A stretch of DNA of 64,000 nucleotides from Antedon mediterranea (taxonomy: Eukaryota > Animalia > Echinodermata), in assembly GCF_964355755.1 (NCBI RefSeq), contig NC_092670.1, positions 734,201-798,200 of the forward strand, in the 5' to 3' direction. Position numbers and translations under genes: made by a program. Shown here one piece after another: positions 23,361-37,033 of this stretch; the stretch's first letter is position 1; every line of letters starts with the position of its first letter. A model generated the notes under the pieces. It was not told where the DNA came from. It saw nothing but the letters and a program-made list of their open reading frames with translations, and ran no database searches.

Positions 23361-26300
23361 TTACAAGCGTTGCTGGTTTTGAGCAAGATAAAGGTCATAA
23401 AAGTTTAATATTGGTGATAAGTAGAGGCCAAGATACAGAAAGAAATCGCACAAGATGGCTGGCAGTATGATGTAGACCAGGGATGACACGGCCAACAGCA
23501 ACAGTCCTGACGTGTACCGCTTAAAAAACTCACGCAAAAACCTGTAAAATACAACAACAAAATACATCAGTAATTTGAATTATTTAAAATAATTGTTGAA
23601 ACATTTTTTTAGGTTTAATATGCTATTATAATGTCACACAAGAGCTACTCAGTTTGACCAAATATCGGATTGAAAAAAAAAATTTTTTCTGAAAAAACTG
23701 TTGACGCTAAAAATAGTCAAATTGTCTGTCAGGCAATGGGTTTTTGGTTAAATTTATTTTCATAAGTAAAATCATTATTGGTTCACGGAAGTGAATACAG
23801 CAACTCTATTTAAACTGCCAAATGTCTGATATTATTCAGCTTCATTTTTTATGTTTTTAGGGAAAATACAATCCAAGATTCAAAACTCTGTTTAAAATAT
23901 CACTTTACTTCAAATACAATGCTATAATAACTCTATTTGATTACATTTGTTATAAACTACTGTATGGCGACTTTTTATAATTATATTGGAAAGAAATTGA
24001 GATAAATGTATACATCAAATAATCTATGTAAATTTACACAATATAATACAGAGCCAGCCATATAGCCATATAGCCATATAGAACATTTGCATTAGAATTG
24101 AGTTGTTTTATATACCGCAGTGCGATGAGTTGGTTTTATAACATAATTAAATTTAAGATAACGACGTCTTGAAAGAAAATTTATTACGTATCATGTCTCA
24201 ACTCATCTAATATGTATAAAACAGAAAGTTGACTTGATGAGCTTTTTTTTATTTATATTATTCGGCTGATATTGATTATGCAAGCAAGACGACAATACAA
24301 TCAAATCATGTACACCATATGGCTGGCAAGATACTCATTGGGTAATTAATAATAATATCAAACAGATTTTTATGTTTGTTTATAGAATTTAGAGAAGCGG
24401 CTGTTGCTACTGCTAATGTAATGGGTAATCCCTTATTTCTATTCGACAGTATACAAATGAATACGCTGCATTGGTACTATAGCTAACTTTCCTTGATTAT
24501 AAATTCCCTACTATACTGGCCAGTGTCAGTACTACAGTACTACCAAAACAATAACACATTAATTTGGAAGTCAGTTTTCAAAAGTGTAATACTTGTGCAT
24601 TAACATTAAAACATTATTCAAGCTGTAGCTTGGTGGGTGGTTAATGTGCTTGCCTTCCAATCCCAAGGTCCGGGAGTCCACCATGAACTAGCTCACAACT
24701 CTTTCAACTCCATTCTCAACTAGTGTAAGCCTCAAATGAGTTTATAAGCATGAACAATTGTAAAATATTTATCCATCCTGTAATTGCGAGTTACTCCCTG
24801 TTGGATGCGTATGAAATAAAAAAAAATAAAATAAAAAAATGTATGCATAAAATTGTTGATGGTATAGTACAATTTAATTTGCGTAATTTCTATTTTTAGA
24901 TTATAAATGTTTGAATACTTGATGTTGGTTCCTTTATGGAAACAACAACAAACACATCAACTCAATCATCAACGGAAACACATGATGGTATATAAATTTG
25001 TTTTTATTATTTTTATTTTATATGTTAAATCTACAAAAATAAACGATTATGTTTGAATATATTGGTCTAGAGCTTAAGAGATAAACAGACAGACAGGTAT
25101 AAAGGGGGGGAGGGGGTGGAACCCAGAAAGATAGATTTGCTAGGAGGCTGTAGTGGCTCTGTTACATAATTACCAATACCAGACATTGTACATGGGCTAG
25201 ATAAGTCATACCATCAACTTTATCAAGAATAGCTAATTATTAACTTTTCAATTTGTTTGAGTTATTACAATATAAACAAATTTATGAAACGCAACTACTG
25301 TATTGTACTAACTATAAATTATAAAACTAAAATATTTACTGTATTTTACAATGATGATGATGATTATGGATTTTCAGTAAATTTATGACAACCTAAAGCT
25401 CTGTCCACACTATCAAACTAGTTTGACAAAAAAAAAGTGTGGTATGCCCAAATACGGTAGTTATATAACATTATCATGTCTATATATAGGCACATCATAT
25501 TTTTTGTCACATAAAGTTTGATAGTGTAGACAGAGCTTTAGCCTTTTAATGTTAATAATGTCATTAATGTTTGTGGTAATGTTATCAAGTCAAGTGAAAA
25601 GGATTATATTTACAACAAGTACAATAATAAAATATTATGTTTTACATTCCTTACAGTAGTGGAAATACTGTACTACCCAGCAATAAACAGAAACAACAAT
25701 TCTTAGTTTGCAATAGTACCTAACTATTATCCCTAGCACTAGTCCCTATGTCAACTACTAAATAAATACAATATTGAGCAACTCATTCTTATTCTTCTTA
25801 TTCACTATTAGTAGCAATACAGGATGATAAAGGCTACAATATTGAGCAACTCATTCCTATTTTCTTAATCTTAGTCACTATTAGTACTAGCAATACAGGA
25901 TGATAAAGGCCATGACAGTATTGTGTATAACTAATAGAATTGCCTAATACATCCAAAGTGATAAATTGCTTCATAATGGTTATTATACTTTCTTGGTCCT
26001 ATTATTAAAACAGTAAAACATTATAAAATGGCGGTTAATGATATTGTTCCTTTCAAAGCATTATATTCTCTTTAAATTATTACTTGTTTTGTATATATAT
26101 TTGCATACATAATTTTCACATTTTTGTCCTGTTTTTTTTAAATAGCTGTTTACCAACAGACTATGCCTATTTACTTTCAGAAAAATTGATATTTTGGTGA
26201 CGGCCCAAAAGATGATTAAAATCTTTAGTTACTGTAGCTGTATCTTCAACAAGAGCCGATAATATAGTAAGCCCGGTTATTCTGCATTTTGCAAAGTAAA

Positions 26301-29300
26301 TCACAGTTTCTAAGCACTTTGTTTGTCTAAAATGTAAAAATACCACTTTTTTTTGCATTTAACTAAATCATTATAAGCAGTAAACCTTACCCTTGGCCTC
26401 TACTAGCAATGAACCGCCTGAGTCGTTTAAACTCAATCAACATGATGAGAAGACTGTTGACAATGACGCATAGCGCTGTGCACGTATTGATGTGTATCCA
26501 CTCCCAAGCAAACCTTGCCGTTAGATAGTATGGCATTATGATGGCTGCTGCGGTGAACTTCATAAATTGTACATAGGATCCACTCTGTAGCTGTTGAAGA
26601 GACAAAAGGAAACTTATTTATTCTTTATTTCAGACCAACAGTGTAATAAAACCAATAATATGTAGTACAATATAAATATAACATTGTGTCTATGGATTGT
26701 GTCTATGGATTGTGTCTATGGATTGTGTCTATGGATTGTGTCTATGGATTGTGTCTATGGATTGTGTCTATGGATTGTGTCTATGAGGGGCACTGGCGAC
26801 AGACTTGTTTGAGTCTTTATGTCATCCCTCGAACAAATTATACTTTTTTGTCATTTTATTTTTTACAATGTAAATATGTTGTTTGATTTTAGTCCAAATA
26901 AATTTGGACTAAGAATGGAAATGCAATACACACAAAAATCTACATTTTAATTTGGTTAAAGTTAAAAATATCTACAAAATTATTTGTTATTTCATACAGG
27001 AATTGTACACCAACATATTTAATGTGAAGGGGAGGCTAAATATTGTAGTATAGTATAGTTAGATGCAATTGTAGACCAAGCCGTAATAAACATATTTAAT
27101 AACACAATTCTCTTGTTTAATGAATAGCAGGCGTTGTTTCTACACACTTTGTATACCCATTCCTCTAAATCATTTTTTTTTTATCAAAAGTATTTAATAT
27201 TTAGCATACAACACGTTGACCATTATTTTTTACACAATCAATATTATTTAATACTACTCTACTGTAATAGTATACATTACAAGTTACTGGTAGTATATTC
27301 AGTTGCAGTCAAATCAGTCTTAGATAGTAAAGCTGCTGGTTATGTGTTCCTAAGTATCTGGGGTCATTTCTACTAGCAAACATGTTTGCAAAAGGGGAAA
27401 CTGGTTTGCAGATTATTGCTTACCGGTAATATTGACTAAGATGATATTTAAATAACAATTTACACAGACGAGTCGTAACGGTAATACAAAAAGTTATGTT
27501 ATTCCCATTGACCATTTACACACAACGCGGAGCGGACAGGCGGTTTCTGCTCAGTATAGATACAGATTCTATGTTTGATAAGCTAAACGGTTTCCCGCTT
27601 ACCGTTACTGCTGTAAATTGACCTTAAAGCAAGTGCTGAATAAATATACTTACTGTATTTGGGGCAAAATGATGCACAGAATGTGGACTGGGGCAGGTAG
27701 CAAGCAAAAATGGCAAGAAAACCTCGTCGTACTTGAACCAGTAAAGATATGCTAATGTTACGCGTGGATAGTCCTTCATGGCATACACAAGTAACAACGA
27801 TAAGCCTGGATTGAGAGCCTAAAAATGATAAAAATATTAAGAATAGTCATTTGGTTATACTTTATTATTAAAACTACAAATTCACAATTGCCATAGTACA
27901 CCAAAATAATTGACATAAGTTTGCATGGTCTTCCTATTTTGTACGTTAATCAATTACTTATGTTACACTGTATTCATTCGCACTGTTACCTTATACTCCC
28001 AGAAGTCGGTAGGACTTTTAGTACCAATTTCACGTAATGTGTTTAAAGATCGCAAAATAGCTTGCCGATGAAAGCTGTTATCAATGTTGAATGGTGCGGC
28101 TTGAAGAACACTGTCTGACATGCTCAAGAGTACTTCACCATCTGAAAATAAAACAAAGAATTTATTAGTGCTATTCCATGTGTACACATCAAAGCATCTT
28201 CTAACTATATAAGTTATTAATTCAGTAAAGACAGTGTAGAAGCGGCACAAATCTTTTAATTACAAAAATTACATACAGACTTAGAAATCGTGTAAGTAAT
28301 TAATCTTTCAATTGAAGGCTGTTACATCACTTATATTTTGTATGACCTACGTTATTTTAATGCATAATAAAATAGTTCTCTAAAACCTTTATTCAGGATA
28401 GTGTTGTATTCATTTTTTCATCAATAATTTAAGGTTTTTTATTATCTGTTTTTAACTAAAATTATTATTAATAATAATATTTCATACAGTATGTATAAAC
28501 AAAATATTTCAAAATATAAATTATTTAGATGTCGTTTGGATTACACGTTCACCGTATCTAATAACACAATCTTCTTTGTTGAAAAATGTGTGACGCGAGA
28601 AGGATTGTTTGTAGGCCTTATAATTTAATGTAATAGTTATAAAACATGACCATTATATCAGTTCTATTAGATTCTCATTCCAATGAAAAAGCCAAGTATT
28701 ATCATAGCACAGACCTATAAAGTCCACTGATTAGGAAACGTTTTGGAATTGTGAATGATGGATCGATAGATAAATATTGATTATCAATGATTTCACACGG
28801 CTGGTATGTTTATCTTTGGTATTTATTGTAAAGATTTTAACAATATTCAAGGCTTTGTAGCAATGGTTATTTGACAGGTGCAGTAATACATGTACTGGGT
28901 CATGGCTTCTGTCACATTTATCCTATAGTTACAGTACTGAATTTCAGACTTGGTAAACAAACAGCAGCAATATCAATTTGTTTTAAGTCAGATATGCATA
29001 CATTAATCAACAGGAAATTAATATTTATGCAATCATTATTTTAATTTCAATTATTATATATTGGAGTTAAAAACAACGAGATTTTCAATAATATTATTGA
29101 TGTATACAAAACTACTACAATACTACTGTACAACATCATATTCATTTACAGAATTTGTTTATGCCATGTACTGTGCAGAAACAACCAAAGCATCGTATTT
29201 TATAGAATTTTCTTTTTTGATGATCCAAAGAGAATTACAATAAAACCATATTCTGTTTTATCTTTGAATCATTTGAGGTCGCCAGCATTGGAGGGCCACT

Positions 29301-32300
29301 TTTGGTTTCTAAACCAAGGAGCCTCACACAATCGCTACTCTCTTCTGTAGGGCAGGATGTATATGGACATTGGTTAGCAAACTAAACACAATCGCTACTC
29401 TCTTCTGTAGGGCAGGATGTATGGACATTGGTTAGCAAACTAAACACAATCGCTACTCTCTTCTGTAGGGCAGGATGTATATGGACATTGGTTAGCAAAC
29501 TAAACACAATCGCTACTCTCTTCTGTAGGGCAGGATGTATGGACATTGGTTAGCAAACTAAACACAATCGCTACTCTCTTCTGTAGGGCAGGATGTATAT
29601 GGACATTGGTTAGCAAACTAAACACAATCGCTACTCTCTTCTGTAGGGCAGGATGTATATGGACATTGGTTAGCAAACTAAACACAATCGCCACTCTCTT
29701 CTGTAGGGCAGGATGTATATGGACATTGGTTAGCAAACTTGCTGATGGTCCAGGTCTATGAATAAAACCCTTGCCAAATACGCTGCTGGATATTGACCTC
29801 TAGTGCAATAAATATTTCATTTAGTAAGTGTCGATAATATTAATAAACAGTAAACTTTGATTTTATTGTAGATGTTCAACCTGCACACTATCATCACATG
29901 TATCAATTATAAAATATGATGGCAATGGTGTCACATTGAGTCACAAGATTTATCTTCTGGTACAGCACAGCTGTATTAATAATATACGACGATGATTATT
30001 AAATATATAGTACAACGTATGTATGTAGGTGTATGGTTTTTTTTGCATTGGTACAGAGGCCTGAGGCCCCTGTATTAGGAACTTTCCTAAAGTGGCCCTG
30101 CAACGATGAAGGCCTTGGATGTTTTCATCCCTTTTCGACATATTTTAAAGCCTGTTGGTTTCCTCTGGGCTCTGCTCTGGGGGCAGTGAGCGCTCATAAC
30201 TGGTGTGCCACTGGTTTTTGTTACTTTTCTCTCAAACTACAGTATACTATTACTAGAATCACATTACTAAATTCATAGGAAACCCTGATATTAAGGCTGT
30301 CCATTGTTTGTGACTGGACACAAGATAGTGGCTAGGCCAATCAAAGTGGGTTTTGCAACATCAAGGCAAGAAAAAAAACATATAGTATAAAAATTGCTAT
30401 ATTTTAAAATGTTCTGATATATTTTGGAATATTAAATCCTTACCCAATTGGCATTATCACCAACAATTGTTACCATGACATTTTTTTTAAATAATTAATT
30501 AGCAGGATACAATAATTCAGCAATGAAGAGACACCATTCAAATGCTATTAATTATCCATGAAAGACATTTTTTTTTTTACAAAGATCTCGGATTCCTCTA
30601 CAGTAAGGCCTAGAAAAGCATACATGATCAGTAATGCATGCCCAGATAATAATAGAACTACAGAACATATATTTAAACAGAGACTATTGACACAGACTAG
30701 GGTTATAACAGTGTCTACAGTTATAGTCTGTTGCCTAGGGTACTACGCCCTGTTACTAAAACTACAACTAATGTTTGTTAAAGTGTTGCCCTTCAAAAGT
30801 ATTGATTAGCACAGCACAGTAGGCCTATAACAGTATTTACAATAGGAAGCTGCTGCATTGTGTACAGTAATATTATATTTGCTTAGTGCAGCTTTAACAG
30901 CCTTTTTTAACAAGTATACTCACTAATAGCATTGTCCATGAAAACCTGTGAATACTGGCTATGAGCCCCGACACCTAAGCTGCTTACCCATGTGGATACA
31001 TCAACTACACTCCACTTGCAAACTGGTTTGTGGATCAGCAAATCGTGATCGGAACTTCGCCAATTCCATAAAATATACACAATCTAGAGATAGAAAATAT
31101 GGCGTTTTTTAAAAACTGGAATGAATAGTAGGCCTATAGCTCATTGCAGTATAAGGGACACAAATCATCTTGAAATCTTTAACTATACAAAAGCACAAGT
31201 ACACAAACCTCATTTTAAACTATTCACAATCATTTCCTCATATCGTAGTAACTTTGGTCATAAAAAAGTCACATATTATACATCTTCAGAAAATGGTGAT
31301 AAAGATAGACCAAACAAATATTTTAAAATGCATTCATACCGTAAAAGGAAAAAGCATTCAACCAGAGTACTATACAATTGAAAACATGTCACGGTATTTT
31401 AAGGCAGTTTGCCTTTTCATCAAATGCCTCACAATGTTGATTTTAACTTGAAAGTTTGGTGGTATCATACATGATTTATCTTCAATTAAATTCTTTATTA
31501 AAATATTTCTATTGAGCAGAGAATACCGTTCTTTTCAAGAACCTAATGTATTTTTCTTTCCAGCAGAAATGGGTCCCGCAAAAAACAAACGATCTTAAAA
31601 GTGTTTCAAAAACTACAATTAATTACGATCTTGTTTGCGATCAGACGCGGCTTCATACATAAATTCACAACATGATTTGTATTATTATGAAGGAAGTGAT
31701 TTGGGTTTCTCAGACAACTGATTTATACAAGTAGTGTACTAATTACTTAGTTAATGCTTTGGAAAAAAAAAAATTTTGCATTTCATTTAGTTTGAGTTGA
31801 ATTCATCTCCAAATATTTGGAATGAACCATTTATTTGAGCTTAAAAAATCTTTAAATAAAATGTATTAGTATTTCATTTTTTCAATGGGTATTTCCAAAG
31901 TACGGAAAACCTTGCGAAAAACCTTACCTTACCTTACACAAACCTCCTTTGAACCACTTGTATCTCTTTTTTTTTGGGTCAATTTCAGCTTATTATTCAT
32001 TATTGCTTTTTAACTACTAACTTGTACTGTTGTATTGTACTTAAGTATTACTTAAATATAAGACTATTAATGAATAACACTACTTGTGTTAATTAACAAT
32101 GTATACAGAATAAAATAGGTAGAATTCTTGCAGAATTAGTCACACTCTATTGGCATTGTCCAACTAATTGTTCATTGCTAAATAGACCTGAATCATTTCA
32201 ATAAAAACTAAAAAGAAAGTAGTGAGGTAGGAATTTAATACATACTTAGTGCATAAGTGTATACTTAGTGCATAAGTGTACAGCTAAAGAATTTCTGTTG

Positions 32301-35300
32301 CTCTTCACTATGAACTACATACTATTATTATTCTTTTATTTTATTTTTAGGGAAAAATTTTGTTTAGCAATATTGCTAATCAAACTGATTTTTAAGTCGA
32401 GAAACAAAGTTTTGTAAATTGTATTTTTTGCTACACAATTTGTGTGTGTATGTGTAGCAATAAGGTTGTTTTCTATAGCTTTTTGCTATGCTACACTGGC
32501 AAAAATGTTCCCTGATTTTCTTTTTTTTTTAAACAGTTTTTGTGAGTGCCACTGTTCTAAAGAGTTCCAAATAAAGAAAATATATGAAGTTGTAGAAGCA
32601 CACTCAGTAGTACTTGAAATTTAATATTCTTGTTAGTAATCTGCTAACTAAAATAACTAACTAAGGTTTTTGCTTTTATTTGATTTGATTTACTGTACGT
32701 CTATCTATTCTATTAATGTACTTTGTTGATTTCCAGACAAACTTTTTAAAGATATGTTAAATAATAGAACTGAATACTAGTGGCAATTTTCAAATGTTTA
32801 GCTTAATATTTTTGTAATTGTAAAGTAAATTACTATTTTCAAATTAAAGACAACCAGTATGAAAGAGTTATTTAATTTGGGTTCTGGAAGGAAGAGTACA
32901 GTATGACAATTTCTATATATAATCATTTTAATTGACAACAGTATTTAAAATAAGTTAGTGTTCATCCTTGGCCATTTTGCTGTATCCTCTCTTACATAAT
33001 AGTATTATAGTGATTAAGCCAATTTCTTTCTGAACAAAGAATACATAGAGTAGTATTAATATTGTTTGTAAGCCGATGTCTTTTGTGGAAAACAACATTA
33101 TTCAACTTCCTTCAGTTAATTAAGAATACAGGGAAACATGGATTACCATGTCCTGGCAGCAGTAAACCACAATAACACCGGGCACATTTTATTGACTTTA
33201 AAAATCAACTATTTTTAATCGGGAATTTTTTGGGGAATAGAAATAATGCAAGTAATTTCAAAGGTTTATACTGAAAGTTGTATTGTCCCTTTGTCAAATT
33301 CCAAAAAAAAAAAAAGATTTCAAAAAAAGTGGGTCATTTTTAAGTATCATAATAGTTTCACCAAAAATGTTCGAATTTTCAACTTAAGGTGAATAACTTT
33401 AATATTACTTTGATATGGCCAACTTAAATTTAGAATATTTTGACCTTCATTTTTTGTGTTTCAAGGGACAAAATATCTTTAAAATGCTTAATTACTGACA
33501 GTTTCTACAGTGTAAGGTACAATGTTCTCTTGAAGCAGGTTTTGGCAGCAACATTTGCCAATTTAAATTGGCTCCAACTGGTATTCAAAATATTGAAGAA
33601 ATTATACACAATATAACCACATCTACTAGTGGTAGGTTTTAGCCATTAAAAACAAACAAGAGTAATCAAAGGCTACAGTATATTAGCAATTTGCCGGACT
33701 TGATTTCTAAATTGGGAGAACATTGAGGTACCACCATGAAACATTTACAGAGTCACAAAGTTTGCCCTTTACTGTAGAATAACTGATTAATGCATTTCCT
33801 TATTGCAACACAATCCCACGTGAGGTAAAACGGAAACAACCAGATAAGTTGTAAGTATGTTGACATCCACTGTGCATGTCAAATTAAACAAAACTACACT
33901 GACTCAACTCTATATTAGCTTTTAAGTTTGTTCTTGGTTTATAAGTAAAGAATTAATCTATCTTCTAAGCCTTGTTTAACATTTTGGTTGTGATGTACTG
34001 TATAATTTGTTGCGGACAAGGATATAGAATACATAGCAGATTAGATATAAACACACTGTAAACAGAAAGTGGTTTTATTAAACTTATCCAACTGTGTAAA
34101 CTTTCTGTTTAAATCAATGGGGTTTTTTATCTAAACAATTTAATTTATTTACTTTAATAGCTTATTTATGATGAATAAAAACCACAAATGTATTCAAGTG
34201 GAAACTAGGTGCTTTACCTTTTTATTGGATCAATTAGGTGTATATTTTTATCCAACTTTTGAAGAATACATTTTCTTCATTAGACTACGACCACCAAAGT
34301 CACTCTTGTAGAATTAGGAAGTCCTTTCTTGTAAATAGCATTCAAATAGTGTAATTTTTGTTTTGAATTTTATAATCGTTTTTACAGTATTTTACACTGA
34401 CCTATGCCATTGTTCAAATCTATGTTTTTAACATTGGTCTACAGTTTGTGTATACAGTAGTATATTTACTAGGATCTTCTTCATAATGTGTTCATAATGT
34501 GTTCATAATGTGTTCATAATGTGTTCATTTGTAAACAATGCTTAGTATTTAATCGGGCATTTTGTGTTTCTCAAAAGATCAATCATATTGTGTGATCAAC
34601 TTAAGAATTTTACTTACATATATCAAAAGAAGCGTCAACAAAGTACCCCACCAAAACCCATATTTTGACTGCTTATCAACATAAAGCTTTCCATCTTTTT
34701 GGCGACGACCAAATACTTCAAATTCTTCTAAAATGTCAGAATTTTCTTTGAGAAGCAACGAACGTTCCCGATAACGGTCAGTACATGCTTTCTCAATGGT
34801 TGACCTGTGTAGGAAAACAAGTGTAGGAAATTACTAATAACCTAAACAGTCTATCAAGGTCAGATATATGTCACAGTGGTGACATTCATATAAAACATGT
34901 GGGCGATGAACAACCTAAATACCGTTATAATTTACAATTAATAGGGAAAACTGTACAGTATATCTAATACTGTACAGTATATCTAATACTGTACAGTATA
35001 TCTAATACTGTACAGTATATCTAATACTGTACAGTATATCTAATACTGTACAGTATATCTAATACTGTACAGTATATCTAATACTGTATCCAATGTCTGC
35101 TTTAATAGAAGGCAGTAAATAAAACTATTGCATTCTAATATTTTTGTGTACATACTTCCTTGTATAGTGTAGTGTACAGTAATTATACAACTTATTAAAT
35201 AGCCTGTACTGCACAGCCATTGGAAATTGCAACATAATGTATTGTACTACAGCAACTGTGATTACAATTATTGTTACTATTTTAAATGTTTAATACTGTA

Positions 35301-35930
35301 TTCATTACAGTAGCAATTGAGATGATTATTATACCAAAACTATACTAAGTATTTCACTTCAGTAAATAAATATCTAACAGTTTCTTTTTCTTTGTCGTGT
35401 TCACATAACATAGTTTAGGAGAATTTAAAGTGTGAATATGGCAAGTGGTTTCAGGCAAAACTACTTCTTCTACTAACTACAGGAAGAGCAAGAATTTTGG
35501 ATATGTTGTCAGTAAAAAAAACCTACCTTAAAATAAAGTTGACATTAGGAAATCCAGCCCATTCTTGCCGACAGAGAGGACAAGTACAAGTTCCTGATGT
35601 CTTCCACCATTGAGCAATACAAAGACGACAAAAACTATGCCCACAGTTTATCGTTGTCGGGCTAATCATTAAATCACTGCAACATGCACATGTAAAATCT
35701 CGCACCGTAACGGAACGTTCATATATCTGACCAACGCTGTCGATAGCGTGGTCAGATCCTGTAGTTCTGTGTACATGAGCACTTTGTTCTGATAATAAAG
35801 TTTCACTGCTTGTATTGACAAACAATTTATGTTGATGACTAGGGTCAGCAGGCAAAAAGTCATCAGGGGGTTCAGGTTCATAATCACCCCTTCTCCTTTT
35901 ATGAAGTTTTTGATTATATGATCCAGCCAT
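23361..35930 (-). CDS. BFAR: Bifunctional apoptosis regulator (RING-SAM-transmembrane E3 ligase), 7 coding exons, ~482 aa
   Basis: Exons 35930-35527 (RING: CACC..PTTINCGHSFCRLC..CPLCRQEW), 34804-34618, 31083-30924 (SAM start, LLIHKPVCKWS), 28141-27990 (PTDFWEYK), 27818-27654 (ALNPGLSLLL..FLPF..TCP), 26590-26391 (FAWEW), 23541-23361 (LYLSPILN). All introns are GT-AG; total 1449 nt in frame. Motif order matches vertebrate BFAR. Confidence 0.92.
24621..24838 (+). mobile_element. tRNA-Gly-like SINE, second copy
   Basis: Head and tail match 20372-20578; A-rich 3' end. Confidence 0.7.
25396..25538. mobile_element. Short MITE family F
   Basis: TA|AAGCTCTGTCCACACTATCAAAC ... GTTTGATAGTGTAGACAGAGCTT|TA. 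Confidence 0.75.
26683..26784. repeat. 13-bp minisatellite x~8
   Basis: Unit ATTGTGTCTATGG. Confidence 0.92.
27456..27625. mobile_element. MITE family G (PIF/Harbinger-like), related to 58586-58762
   Basis: CAATTTACA...TGTAAATTG ends; internal sequence shared with the second copy. Confidence 0.6.
29326..29739. repeat. 58/60-bp tandem repeat x7
   Basis: Unit ACACAATCGCTACTCTCTTCTGTAGGGCAGGATGT(AT)ATGGACATTGGTTAGCAAACTAA. Confidence 0.92.
34950..35088. repeat. 19-bp minisatellite x~7
   Basis: Unit ACTGTACAGTATATCTAAT. Confidence 0.92.
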
Positions 35931-36349
35931 ATTTAAAATAATTAAAAAAGAAAAATCATTGGAAATATTTACAAGTTTGGAATCTGAAAAACAAGAGAGA
36001 AAACACAAGAAATGATGGATAATTCATTGCAACAACAATATTTAATTGTTCACTTTAAAAACGTACAATAATTTTAAGTAATTAACTCAAAATAAAAGTA
36101 ATACTAATTAATAAAATAGTATACAACAACAACACACAGTCCACCAGCCAGTCTGTCCGTGTTTGACAGTTGATACTTACTAGAATATAGGCCTAGCTCT
36201 AGGTAGGAGGCCTAATTTTATAGGTATATTATATTTGAACGATCCATTTCATTATTTTAAAAGTTTATTGATCAGTTTCGACAGTTTTAATGTAATTAGG
36301 TTATTAAGTCTTTAGTCTAGGCCTAACTATTTTAGGCTAGCTATAAACT

Positions 36350-37033
36350 GTACACTCACCGGCCTTTCCTTCTTGCTGACCACACACACAGCAGACAGAG
36401 CGACTAAAGGTCCAATTTTTCGTTCCGTGTTTTCGCTCTCGTTCGTCCCTTAAAATAACAAACTAATGAAATAATAAACGAACAAAATACTCCAAGAAAA
36501 ATAAGAGCAATTATATCTCCTTCTTCATCAACGTAACCATCCAATTTCAGACCACCCATTTTATTTCAAAACTCTCCTCTCTATCTCTCTCAGCTCACGA
36601 GCTAGGCCACCAAACCAAACAGTTGACTTGCCTCTTTTGATCTGCAGCAGTGTGTTTAGCTGCTGCCGTGTCGCTAACGCCCGAATGACGCATTTTGGGT
36701 AAATCGATTATTGATCTAGTTCGCTTCGTCGTCTCTCTCGACGACGACGACGTGTGCTGAAGAAGATCGAGACGATCATTTATCGATTGTTATTTTTTTA
36801 AAGTCTGAAATAATATGCAAAATATATTACCATAATTAGTTACTCACATACTTTAATTAAATTAGATTAAAATACGCAGTTTCATTTAAAAGCAATGATT
36901 GATATGGTATTATAATGAATATTTAATTGGCAACTGAAAAAAAGGATTTCACTATAGACTGTGTCAAAGGTCAAATATATTTCGCGCAAGTTTTTGTTTG
37001 TTGTTTTCCTTTTTTCTCATTCGTTAAATTGTC
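36350..37033. promoter_or_regulatory. Putative bidirectional promoter shared by BFAR and PARN
   Basis: CpG-rich patch at 36400-36790. Minus-strand UTR donor candidates at ~36359 (G|gtgagt) and ~36180 (|gtaagt). Start codons diverge 1.1 kb apart. Confidence 0.6.

Noticed and set aside
29326-29761. CRISPR-like array or repeat-protein ORFs (also 44106-44840 and 57818-58136)
   Set aside because: Units are contiguous with no unique spacers, there are no cas genes, and the context is eukaryotic. The ORFs are by-products of the periodicity.
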